Assembly: GCF_964355755.1 (NCBI RefSeq)
Contig: NC_092674.1
Span: 4,092,001 to 4,156,000, forward strand
Length of the DNA stretch: 64,000 nt
Direction of reading: 5' to 3'
Source of the DNA: Antedon mediterranea
Lineage: Eukaryota; Animalia; Echinodermata
Under the pieces are notes generated by a model. The model worked only from the letters and a program-made list of their open reading frames with translations, was not told the DNA's origin and searched no databases. Position numbers and translations under genes: made by a program. Positions 41,300 to 53,464 of this stretch are shown here, piece after piece. How positions within the stretch are numbered: position 1 is the first letter of the stretch; each line of letters starts with the position of its first letter.

Positions 41300-41486
41300 C
41301 TAATCGGCAGTTGTCCAATCATCATCAACGTTATTGAGCTACATGGTTAAATTTTGACGCAAAAACAGCGTTTGCATACTCGAAAAGAAGACAACACGTT
41401 AGCTAGCCCAGCCTTTATTTGAAATTAAATATCTAATAATAACATGTAAAAATTAGCTATTTTTACATTATATGTATAAGGTAAGC
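41300..41486 (+). promoter_or_regulatory. Probable SAP130 promoter and non-coding first exon (donor AAG|GTAAGC at 41480/41481)
   Basis: ATG at 42193 lies 1 nt after an acceptor (tttcag, 42191). Upstream CpG-containing segment ends in a consensus donor and is followed by a TAGGCCTA cluster. Confidence 0.55.
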
Positions 41487-42192
41487 GAGTTTATAGTTAG
41501 GGTAACTAATGTAACGATTTGAAGGTTTTTATAAGCGGCATTATGTTCAATTTTTAAACATCTTTTTAGGCCATCATCCAGACCATGGCATGGTGGTGGA
41601 GGTATACCTCCATGATGATCAGACAGAGTCAAGAGCCGAGAAAATCAGGCTTTAGGCTAGTTTAGTTAGAAGAAAGAATAGAAAATAAATGGAGGGAGCA
41701 ACAGCCTGCTGCTCTCTGGTCTGTGCGATGTGCTAATAATAGTTGTAGGCCTAGCCTGTTTAGATTTATGATGCTAATTTTAAATGTTTACTTCATTAAA
41801 TCATCACAGTTTCTAGGCCTACGTTTTACTTCTTTCTTCTTTTAGTTAGGCTAAATTGAATCTAACTTAAAAATGTTTCAATCTACAATAATATTGTTTA
41901 GTACACTGAGCTAGGCCTACCTATTTAAATAATCTAGTAAGGCAATCTTGTCTAGGCCTAACTTGTAGGCTTCTTGATAAAAAATGTCTATATGATATGA
42001 TACATTATTTAATCTATAATTTTTCTATAATGATAAACAGACACAGCCAGTACCAAACAAGACAACAACAAAATATAGACATAAACAAAGAATCCTGCCT
42101 ACCAAAACAGAAACATAATATTAATCCACCATCTTCCTTTTCTGTGTGAAAAATCTATCATTGTATCATTTTTATTACCTTATAATTTCAGT

Positions 42193-45100
42193 ATGAGTTC
42201 CAACAATACAAACACCTCTGATGCTATTTCAACTTCAGTTAGCAGTGATGTTTTGTCCGAGAATGTATTAAAGCTGAACCATGGAGATGGGCCGAAAGTT
42301 TTGGTACAACCTGCCAACCCTCCGATGCCTGTGATTTCTCCTGAAGCATTAGGAATTACAAATATTTCTCATATGACAAGTATGCAGGTAATGATTAAAT
42401 CATGTTCATTCAGACATTATTTATTTGAATTTTGTGTGAACATTTTGTGCTAACTGAGTGTATAGACAAATATACAATTATATAATTATAACAATAATAA
42501 TAATAAAAATAGTTAATATTTTAACTACTTGAGTCTCATCCCACAGGCCCCGCTCTGTTTTATTTCTTTACAATTATTTTGTAATTTAGTAATAAATCCA
42601 AAAATTGTTAGGTAGTTACTGTTTTTAAAAAAAATTTAAATCAATTTTTCTTTCAGGAGAAAGATAAGCAGAGCATGGCAGCTCGTACCTTCCTTCCCGG
42701 ACCGATTGTCACAGGGGTCAAAGATCAAATCAACATGTCGCGTACCTGTACCATCACTGCCAGTAGCACTCTACCTTCAGCTATCAGTTTGCCCGTGCAA
42801 GTTGCTCCAAACATTCAACATTTTCCCACCAACATCTCAGTACCTAGTAGTATCGCCATGCCATTTGTTAGTCACATGGCACAGAAAGGAAAAGATGAAC
42901 CAAGGATAGCGCCCCCTACAAGTCATGCACCGATAGTCACACATCATAAAAGAGGTGGGTGTTTTGAATTACCAGGATGTTATTAGACCTAAAAATAATT
43001 TAAAATATAACATAATACTACACACTATAATGCTTGGTTCTGAATGTTATGCCCTAAAGGCATTCAAATTGAGTGATAGATTAAAAAATGTAAAGCTCTG
43101 ACTACACTATCAAACTAGTTTGACAAAAAAAGTGTGATGTGCCCAAATATGGTAGTGATATGACATTATCATGTCCACATATGGCACATGACATTTTTGA
43201 TAGTGTAAGACAGAGCTTAAGTTTTAATGAAAATTATATGTTTAATTACTAACAAACCTGTATTTATTTTTTTAGAATTAAAAGCAAACATTAGTGGTAT
43301 TCCGTTAAGAGCTACCCAAGCAGTTCCAGTTGTGGCTACATCAGTACCAGCAACAGCCAAGTCTAGTGCTACAACTGCCCTGTTGCAAACCAGTTCTATT
43401 GCCACTCAGCTTCAGGTAAAGACCACTATAATATTAGACAGTGCTTTTAGCAACATTGCCCATGGCCTAGCCTTTGACATCTGATGGAAGCGGCCAGTAT
43501 ATAAATATTATTAGTTACACCCTGCTTGTTCATGAAATACGGGAAATATCTACGTTCTGGTTCCATATTCCATATAAGCCCTTTATTTTCATCCATTTTG
43601 ACCTCCACCTATCACAACAACAATAAGGAGCTTTCGACGATTACGATTAGCATTTTTTACGGACCGTCAAATATGGGTTCATATTCGATGGTTGAAATCA
43701 CAACTACGCTTGCGCTCAACGATAAAAATACAATATAATACATAAACAACACACGCATAGAAACATCAAACAGGTAATACGGGATATATTACCCTTCTGA
43801 TCCGCTTGACTGAGTAAATGGGCGTAATACGGAATTATATCTCATAATATTGACCAATCGGATTACAGTAAGAGATAAATAAATATCTCCCCATTCAATT
43901 CATATATTCATTGTATTGTAAATTTAATTTTTTTTTAGAACACAAGTTCTCTTATTCCAATGAGGAGCACTTCAGGAACCAAAAGCAGTCTGCAGAGTAT
44001 TCAAGATTTGAACAGGTCAGTACACAATATGCTAATGATGATGGGCTTAATTAACATGTGATGAATAATTCAGTAGATTTACACATATTTACATACTTAA
44101 TAGTACTTGGCAAATATTTTATATAAAGCTCTGTCAACACTTTCAAATAATGATGTCATATAAACACTATCAATGTAGTTTGACAAAAAAATGTGGTAGT
44201 GATATGCTCAAATATGGTGGTGATATGCCATCATCATATCCAAATATATCATATTTTTTGTCACAATAAGTTTAATAGTGTTTGATGTTTAATGAATTTT
44301 AATTGTTTTTGTTAATTAAAATAGACAAGTCTATTCACAAGCATTGAAGGTATCAACTACCCCACCACCATCAGCCATTGACAGTCGAACTGAGTCTAAA
44401 CTTGCAGCTAAAATACAGATAAAAAGCGAACCAAAACTGGACGATAGCAAAGTTAGCGGTAAAGGAGATGCGACGCCCAAATTGAACTGGCCAATCCAAA
44501 CAAGCAAGTCATTTTCAACAAAACACAATGTGTTTGGAGTCGCACGTGGTATTGTGTCGTCAACTGCCATACCGATTACTTACATCAGTAAGCCTGTCTC
44601 TGCTAGAAGTAACATCACCAATTCAAGTAAGTATATGTCTCCAATTAATGGGCACACCTCAGGATATAAATCCTCTTTTGGGGATTTAGAGGGCTATCCC
44701 CGGTACCATACAAAATGATTGTGATGTTTTTTGGGTTTTTTTTATCTGTTTTTGTTCATGTATGGTATGGTATTGAAATAAAAATCAAAGATTGTTGCTT
44801 GTGATTTGGTCATTGTGCCTAACCAAGACATTTCTAAATTATATACAGTATATATGTTTCACCGCTGCCACCATGTAGTGAATTTATTTTAGTTGGTTCC
44901 AAGCTTTCTCAGGCGTATATATATATTTCCACGCGACGTACACTGCTGTCACTGAATGATAACTCATACAAAAAGTATATTTAACTCAACTAGAACTTTT
45001 ATTCCTTGTAATTCGATTAATACATCTTTCTACCACTACCAGTCAAGCCTTAATATTTTCTTTATCATCTTTCCGTTTATCTACTCTGATCTTATTCTCT

Positions 45101-48100
45101 CTTCTCCCCCTAATATCTATTACATTCCACTTTTATACTGGACATGCAAATTTTAGGCTTCAGAGGAGGATAACATTTTCCCTCCAAAATTTATACGATT
45201 TTGATTGGCTAATAATATAAGGCGGACCTGGTCTAAAGCATCCTTCTCTAAACACAGAGAATCACAACATTTAATATGACAATATACATTATATACAACT
45301 ACTGAAGAATTAACCCCGAAAATCTGTTTTTGTGTTTTCGTAGGTTCGTCACATGTTGTTGTAGGCCAGCCTGCAACATGCACCGGTGGCATCAACACAA
45401 CTACTTCAGTTCCTATACCGATTGGAGTAGCATGTAAGTTGTAAATATGTTCATCATAATTGTTCAACAAATCAACTTTTTTATGCTCTAGTCGTCTAGT
45501 TCCCTCTGAAAAATCAAATGTTCATCTGACAATTGACAGGCTCTCATGCTGGAGAACGGTGCAGTGTAAATGGTTCCTCTGAATTTTCTTAGGATATTTT
45601 TATAGACTGTTTTTGTGTGTACAGCACTTATAAACATTGTATTAGGCGCTATAAACGACAATTATTATAAAGAAATCTATATATGTTCTTATAGCTAAAA
45701 TTCTCCAGCAAGCACCTGTCCCCAGACAACATGGCGGCTTTCCACCAGACAGTCAACCGATATTTTTAGCTGGACCCCGCCAACCTGTGAGTGCCGTCCA
45801 TGGCGCAGTACCTGGAGGTCACCCAAGAGTAACTATACCGCCTCAATATCCTTACTACCTTTACCCAGGTGATGGTTCATGTAAGTTGAACATTTTCAGT
45901 TTTTATATTTTTGCTTCTGGAATTTATGTAACACTATCTTTGTACAGTAGAACCACTCCTTTGAGGACATACCTCTATTTAGGGGACACAACCTATTAAG
46001 GGGACATTTTGGTCCCAAACGTGTCCTTTTAATTGAGGTTCTACTCTATGTCAATATTTGAAATGACATCCCCTTTCATATTTTACTTGCAAGATTGAAA
46101 AATAATGTCCATTATTTTTAAGTTATGTTATGTACGGTATGTTGCATAATATTCATCCTATTTTAGTCCCCAGATACCAACCACCAATGTCATCATATGT
46201 TGGGCATAGTTTTACACCAATCACAAATGCAGGAGTTCGGCAACAGCTGAATGGTATGTATTTTTAAAAAAAATTGGTTTTTCAGCACAATACATAAATA
46301 TCTGTTACAAGATTCTAGGTCCAAATCCTGTAAGATTCTTTTTTTTCAAACATTTCATTATGTAATCTATTTATGTAAATTATCTTAAATAAAAATTTGT
46401 TTCAGTGAATCCTCAAATATCTTTGCAACCCACTTCAAATACAGGGGCTGCAGCAACAGTTGCAGCGGTTGCACGTGCAGCTACGGTTGCTGGAGGTCCA
46501 GTCAGACTAGGCCCATTGGTTGCAGATCTCCGAACAGCTGGATCACCATATACCATACCTCCATTGACGTCGACAGAAGGTAGTTTGCAGTTATATTTTT
46601 AGAAATTATAGAATAAGTACCAACCCTTTAGATTTTTTGTATGTTGACTTTCAGGTCAAATTTTGTTGACCTTTGAACTTTGCCACCATATTACCCTTTA
46701 AAAAATGTCAATAGCTGAAGTTGTTACAGTAAAAATAAAACAGACACTACCAAACTATGATATGGCATCATCTTCTCTTCAGAAGTCTTCAAATCAAATA
46801 GATGAAATGAATAAATCTCAGAAGCTTCAAATAGTTACATTTTCTTTAAACAATTTTTTTGTTTCAGGTGATGTTGTAACAGGTGGTATGTTTGCTGGTA
46901 ATGTGTCATCTCCAAGCAATCAAACTTTGCCGAATCCAGGTTCCTCTCCAAGGCCAAGTATTTTGAGGAAAAGACATAATGATGGGTGAGTGCTTTATTA
47001 TTGAAGAAGAAACACAAAACATATATGGAGGCTTTCATTGAACTTTACAGGGTGGAAGAGATTTACCCATCAAGATAATAGTGAAGACTCATTTAAGTAC
47101 AGTTTAACCCCTCTGGGATGCCTCTTTTGAAGGGACACCCCTATTAACAGTGATTTAGGGGGGGTTTTTGCAAGAAAAGGGAACAATCTTCATTCAAGTC
47201 ACTGGGTTGTCAAAGGCCTTTGTGAAAAAGTGGTCAGGTTGAAACCTTACCAACCATACTGGTGGCTACGGCCCTGCCTGTAATGTAGCCACAAGAAATA
47301 AAATGGTATGATTTTCGCAAGAAAATGGAATAATCTCTTTTCAAGCCACTGGGTTGTCAAAGGCATCTGTTAAAGAGTGGTCAGGTTGAAACCTTACCTA
47401 CCATACTGGTGGCCCTGATTAAAGGGACACTTTCCCATGACATGAATGAGTTGAAATATGTTTTAACGCTACAGTCAATCCTATTGAGTGGACACTTGGT
47501 CGATTCCTCAGTTTGAAAGTGTCCCTTTAGTAGTAGTTGGTTCTACAGTATTTCATAATATACAATCGGTTTTTTTTTTTTTATTTCAGAAATATTGCAT
47601 CTGTACGTAAACCCTTATTCCAGAATCCCTCAGGAGCTGAACCAGCCAGCCCAAGTTCAAAGGTCGAAATTCAAAGGCAAACCACATCTCCAAAACAAAG
47701 GTAGTATTACTTTTACTAAACGTATATCATGGTGTAAGAGGTAGATTCACAACAAATATAGTATTCATATTAATATTCATTTTGTAATACAGTAGAACCT
47801 GTATTACCACTTTGTTATGTCCCAAAGGTGTCCCCTGAATAGAGGTTACCTGTAGTGTTAAAACACATACTTCACCCTGTTCGTTTCATGGGAATTGTTC
47901 CCTGATTAGGAGTGGTTCTATTTTATGTAAAGATCTAATGGGTTAAATGTAACTCTTTTGAACATTATGCTTTCTTTAGTGAATCACTATCAAGCAGTCA
48001 GCAGTCCATAGAGAGTTCTGTATCAGAAACAAACAATGCTCAGTCAATGTTGATAAAAATCAAACAAGAAAAGAAGGAAAATGACGTGCCATCAATGTTA

Positions 48101-50193
48101 TCCAGTCTACAAGATTCATTACATCTGCCGGAAAGAAACGAAGAACCATCACCAAGGAAACGCCAACGTAAACAACAACACAAGTAAGACGATATTTGTA
48201 GCTTTGCTCGATATTTTGAAATGATTGAAGATGCAGAGAAACCATTTCACCATTCTGTTCTCCAGTATTTATTTATTTATACTGGGTAACCTCTTTAGTC
48301 GAAGACTGGTCTCCCAGTAGAGGACCCAGTTATGATCAGTGGCTGTGTGTGTGTACTAGTACACCGGGGTAACCCCTTACTCATCTCGAAAGATGTACTA
48401 GTTCTTTAAAGTGCGTGCAAGCTAGATGTGTACACTGGACCAACAGTTTATAGTCCTTATCCAAGAAGTTCTTTCATCCAGAACCATTGCGCAAGTGAGC
48501 CTTGAACCCTTGGCTACGTAATTACGGTTTACTGTCTTAACTTTTTGGCCACTCACTACAATTGTTAAGACATTTTATATTATTAGAATTAGTTAAAATG
48601 TCCATTTTTTTTTTCTTTTTGTCATCTTGTAGAATTGCTTCCCAGCAGATGTTGGATGATAAATCCACAGATGACGAGACCGAAACCAAAAAAGATACGA
48701 CGCCAACGAAAAAAGAAAAAAAACGTAAGTTATGATGTGTTCTATTTCAAGTAGTGGAGCTGTAGCTTGGTGGTCAACATTCTTGCATTCCAATCACAAG
48801 GTCCAGTGTCCAATCCTGACTTCATTTCCTAAGCCTCAAATAAGCACAATAAATTATTAAATAATTTATCCATCCTGTAATTGGTGAGTTACTCGCTGTT
48901 GGATGCATATGAAATATAAAAAAAAACTATGATTTCTATCGTGCCCAGTGTAATTTAAACTAATTAACAATATTTTTTACTTTTTTGTATGTCAGCCTAT
49001 TTATAACACATTATTATTATTACCTTATAGAGCGAAAAATGAAATTAGTTCAGTACATAAAACGGTCGTCATTGAAACTACTTGATAGCTACCACCAGAC
49101 GTGGAAACCAACACATAATCACTTTCAGCGTTACTCAGATGTGAAAGCTAAAGGTTGGTTACATTATTCAATATCATTTATGTTATGCAGTATCTTGTTG
49201 ATTTGAGTCAAAAATATGAATTACTGCAGTTACTGCAGGAGCTACATTTATTATTGCAATAACATTTTAGCTAGTTTCAATGTAGTATTTTAAAATGTTT
49301 TATTGGTAAATATTTTGTTTCTGTTTTTGTTTCAGAGGAAAAGAGAACGGGAATACACGAGATAGCCAACCAAAGAGGCATCATTAAAAAAACGGATGGA
49401 TGGAAGATAAAACATGTTGGACATCAACTTACAGATATGGTGATTATTTTATTTCCATCCGTTTCATTAGAAGAAAGAAAGAATTTTGTACTTCATACGC
49501 ATCCAACATTGACTAACTTGCCAATTACAGGATGGATAAACTATTTCATAATTTATCATGCTTATAAACTAAGTATCATTTGAGGCTTAGGGAGTGGAAT
49601 TGAAAGAGTCACTGGCATTAGGTCAGGATTGAACCCTACACCTTTAGATTGGAAAGGCAACCTTGTTAACCACCACTGAAATTATATTCACCGTTAAGTG
49701 ACAGTTTTTCATAAAACATTGGCAACTATAATTTGCCGCCTTTTTTTTCAGATTGATCAAGAACAGGAAGTATACGATGAGATGCAAGCCATCAAAGCAG
49801 GAATGGGTCGTCAGCTAACGGAGAACATTGAGGGCAGTGTTATCGATAAGTCACTCATTGAAACGGAAACTAATCGTATTTACGAACTCATCCAGGTAAA
49901 ATTGTTTATTTGCCTTTTTGATTCAAATTATATAATTTCAATCCATCAGGTAGTAAACCCTCTATCAGATAATGACCTGACCTTACCATAATCCTTTTAT
50001 GTTATAAAACTTACTAATAAAAGAAATATTTGATTTTCAAAAGGGTAATATTCAGAGAAGCAAGTATGTTTTAGAACACATTGAGGAAACAAAGACGATT
50101 ATGGGAAGACTACTGGACCACAAACCAAAGGTTGTTAGTATCATAAAAAAACATGCTAATAAAAGACATGCTAAGAAGAAGCATGCTACATAG
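42193..50193 (+). CDS. SAP130: Sin3A-associated protein 130, 17 coding exons, 864 aa
   Basis: Exons 42193-42387, 42657-42954, 43276-43415, 43939-44015, 44325-44626, 45344-45433, 45695-45880, 46167-46253, 46406-46579, 46868-46985, 47590-47700, 47980-48183, 48633-48724, 49031-49153, 49336-49439, 49752-49895, 50044-50193 join in frame (2595 nt). Low-complexity S/T/P/A N-terminus, then SAP130 motifs SPRPSILRKR, PSPRKRQRKQQH, YHQTWKPTHNHFQRYSDVKAKEEK, IANQRG..DGWKI and ELIQGNIQRSK. Confidence 0.93.
48266..48557 (-). mobile_element. tRNA-derived SINE, same family as 1268-1585
   Basis: Reverse complement aligns along the length of the 1268-1585 copy; (TAAA)n tail. Confidence 0.85.
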
Positions 50194-52017
50194 CGAGTGT
50201 TAGCGAAGTAAGCAGCTTGTCACACACATTGCTGGAGTGTAGCATGACATATGGAAAACAACAAACAAGAAAATCAATTTAAAATTTAAGAAGCATGCTT
50301 CATAGCAAGTGTTAGGAACGTAAGGGGCTTGCCACACACATTTGCTGGAGCGTAGAATGGCATATGAAAATTACAACAAATAAGAAAAGCAGTATATTTC
50401 AATTTCGAAGAAGTAGCATGCTACATAGCATTATCTTGCTGGCGAAGTAAGATATGTGTGGCAAGAAAAGAACAGGGTGATGATGTGACATAACAACCCA
50501 GGTGCTGTACTACAGTATAAGTATTATGTAGCATGGCCACAAACACAGTGTAGCATGCTACAAACTACAGATAATACTATAATAAGTATTTATTAACAAT
50601 TTGTTATGGCATCTTCATCACTACCAAATCAAATACTTGAGTGTAACTTATACAGTTGCATCCCTAATACCAAACACCCTTGGACTGGTTAATATGTCTG
50701 GTTTTCTGAGAAGTCTGGAAGCTTTATGGACCATCCTCATAAAATAATTGTGAAGGAAAGTTTCAGTTTTCAGAGATATTTGGAAAGTCACATGTATGGC
50801 ACGCTACCAGGGAAAAATTATGCGAAGGAAAGATTGCGTCCGATATTATACTATTGTACATTCACACAGATAAGTAAACAGGGCAATTTTTGGTCAATTA
50901 TTTTCTTTTTGGTTTTTAACTGTTAAAATCCATCTGAAAAATTGTGTAAATAGTTTGTGCAAAGTATTTCACATTGTAAATAAAAGTGGATAACATTTTA
51001 ACTGGGAGGAAGAAAGGTTTGAAGTCACCGTGTATTTCAACCCGCGTGTTTCCTTATAAATATTACTATAAAAAACAGCAAATAATTGAATAAGTCAAAA
51101 TAATTCCATTTCAGACGAATTTTGGTGTTTTTTTATGCGATACAATTATGAAATTATTGATTATTATCTTTGATTGAATATCCCAATAAATTTATTAACA
51201 AAAATTATTAGAAAAAGTCCTGAATGCTTACTAAATAGTAGTGTATTTATTTCCTTCATATCTGAACGTATGAAGGAGGACCACTCCTTTTTATTTGCTA
51301 CTGTAAAGATTTGCAGCAGTGCTTGTAAACTTTATTATTAACCTGATGCCAAATGTTGTTGAATTACAAGGCCAAAGGGTACAAAACCAAACTTAGGCTC
51401 TGTCCACACTATCAAACTAGTTTGACAAAAAAGTGTGATGTGCCTAAATATGGTAGTGATATGACATCATCATGTCCATATAGGTACATCACATTTTGTT
51501 GTCACATAATGTTTGATAATGTAGAGAGATCTTTATTCACTTAGTTTTCATTGATGATTGATATGGGAGGGTATATAAAAATATTGGTGCTCAGGTATAT
51601 TTGTGTTCCAATCTAAAATTCCTTATTTTGCAAGCGAGTTTTTATATGCAGTACAGTATTGCCTCCAATTAATTTTGAAATATTTATTTTAGGCTTTCTG
51701 TACTAAAATTACCCCAACAAAAGATTGATGTGAATTTTTAGTTTGTATAATTTTTTTTCAATATAATAAAACTGTAGAATTCAGATGACTTTATTGGAAT
51801 TATTGACTTTGTGTTGTGTGAAAATGTATTCTCATTTTTTTTACAAACTGTAGCGTGTCCATTTTGTTTGGCACTATTTGCGCTTCATAGCCCAGGAAAA
51901 CAGCGCCACCATACATAATTTTTGCAGAGATACAAAAAACGAGTTTTTTTGTTGTTCGCCAATAGATAAATACAGTAACATTCTTATTGATTTGAAGAAT
52001 TTTACTAAATTATTCTC

Positions 52018-52596
52018 ATGGACGACTCATATGAAAGATTACAAAAGTTAGTTAGCATTGAAAAAGACATTGCAGGCATCGTGCACCACGCAGGTAAGTG
52101 CATATTATGCTATTCCTAACTTTAGGCCTAACTTGTTTCCCCAGCCAGTTGTTGACCAGCAAGCAGTGTCTGGTACTGCAGCATTGAAAGAAAAGGAAGT
52201 GCCAGACATGGCCTAGGTCAGGTGTGTGAGGGCGTATCTTGGCCTTTGTAACTTATGCTTTAATATTATTTATAATCATAATGTCTTATTGCATTTTTTT
52301 TTCTATTCCGTCAATTTTTGTTTTATTTATAAAATAAAGGTCAGGCTGTACTGGAACTGTCAAAAGATAAACCAATTGCAACAAATGCAGAGAATGAATC
52401 CAAGCACTTTTTAAAAATGTTGAAAGATGTTGAAAACAAACTCACGGAACAGATTGCGTACTTAGGACAAGTTGCAAGTGGACAACCTCATGAAGGCAGC
52501 AGTTATCTGCTCCAAAAGGATGCGTTGATGGCGCATCATCGACTTCGATATACCACGACGAAACTAAATGAATTGCAGAAAACTTGTGCAAGCTGA
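52018..52596 (+). CDS. MED11: Mediator complex subunit 11, 2 exons, 110 aa
   Basis: Exons 52018-52093 and 52340-52596: MDDSYERLQKLVSIEKDIAGIVHHAGQAVLELSKDK...QIAYLGQVASGQPHEGSSY...; GQPHEGSSY is the MED11 signature. AATAAA at about 52851. Missed by the ORF track. Confidence 0.95.
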
Positions 52597-53464
52597 ACTA
52601 ATTTCGATTAATTTTTTTTTTCACCATTGATGCACTGTAATGACATCTACGAACTGTCTCAATATAATAATGATATCATCTTTTTTTAAATGATGTTATC
52701 AGATATGAGTTCCTTTGATGATGTCATCAGATATGATGTCATGGTTGATTAATAACATTTTTCATGATGTCATCCGTCAGATATTTGTATAATACAACAT
52801 AAATCAGGGCAATATAGTCCTGCGACATTAATAATGCATTATACTTTTTCAATAAAATCTTCTGTTTTACAAAATGCTTGTTGTTAATGTTATTTTCTAA
52901 AGCTCTGTCTAAAGTATCAAACCAGTTTTACAAGAAAGGTGTGATGTCCATATATGGGCACATCACATTTTTTTTGTCATATCAAGTTTGAAAGTATTAA
53001 ACCTGTTGGACAAAAAGTGTGATGTGCCCATATATGGTAGTGATGTGCTCAAATATGGTAGTGATATGACATCATCATGTCCATATATGGGCTAAGCAGG
53101 TGCACTAATTCAAGCTGTTGTTAACAGGTAGTGCAGTGCCAGTGTGGTATGAGTAATGAGCTACTTTAGTGTGTAGTACTATCTAATAGCTCTCTTTTTT
53201 TTTTTTATAAAAACTTTTTTCCTGGTGGAACCTGTCTTAAAGCTCTCTGAGCTTATTTGAGTTTGTCCAGATACAAGGCATTAACTATTAATTTGATTCA
53301 TATTTTGTTAACCTATTTTGAATTTTGCTTTGTGTAAATAATATACAGTAACAGTATGTTTAATTTTATATTTGAAAAGTAGGCTACTCCATCAACAATA
53401 ATAAAATAAATATTTATTTATGATAAATATTCATTTTTTTCTTGCAGAATGTTGAACCTCTATA

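Noticed and set aside
43500-43890. Crypton-like element in a SAP130 intron
   Set aside because: CpG-rich and repeat-like, but single copy in the window and no termini could be defined with confidence.
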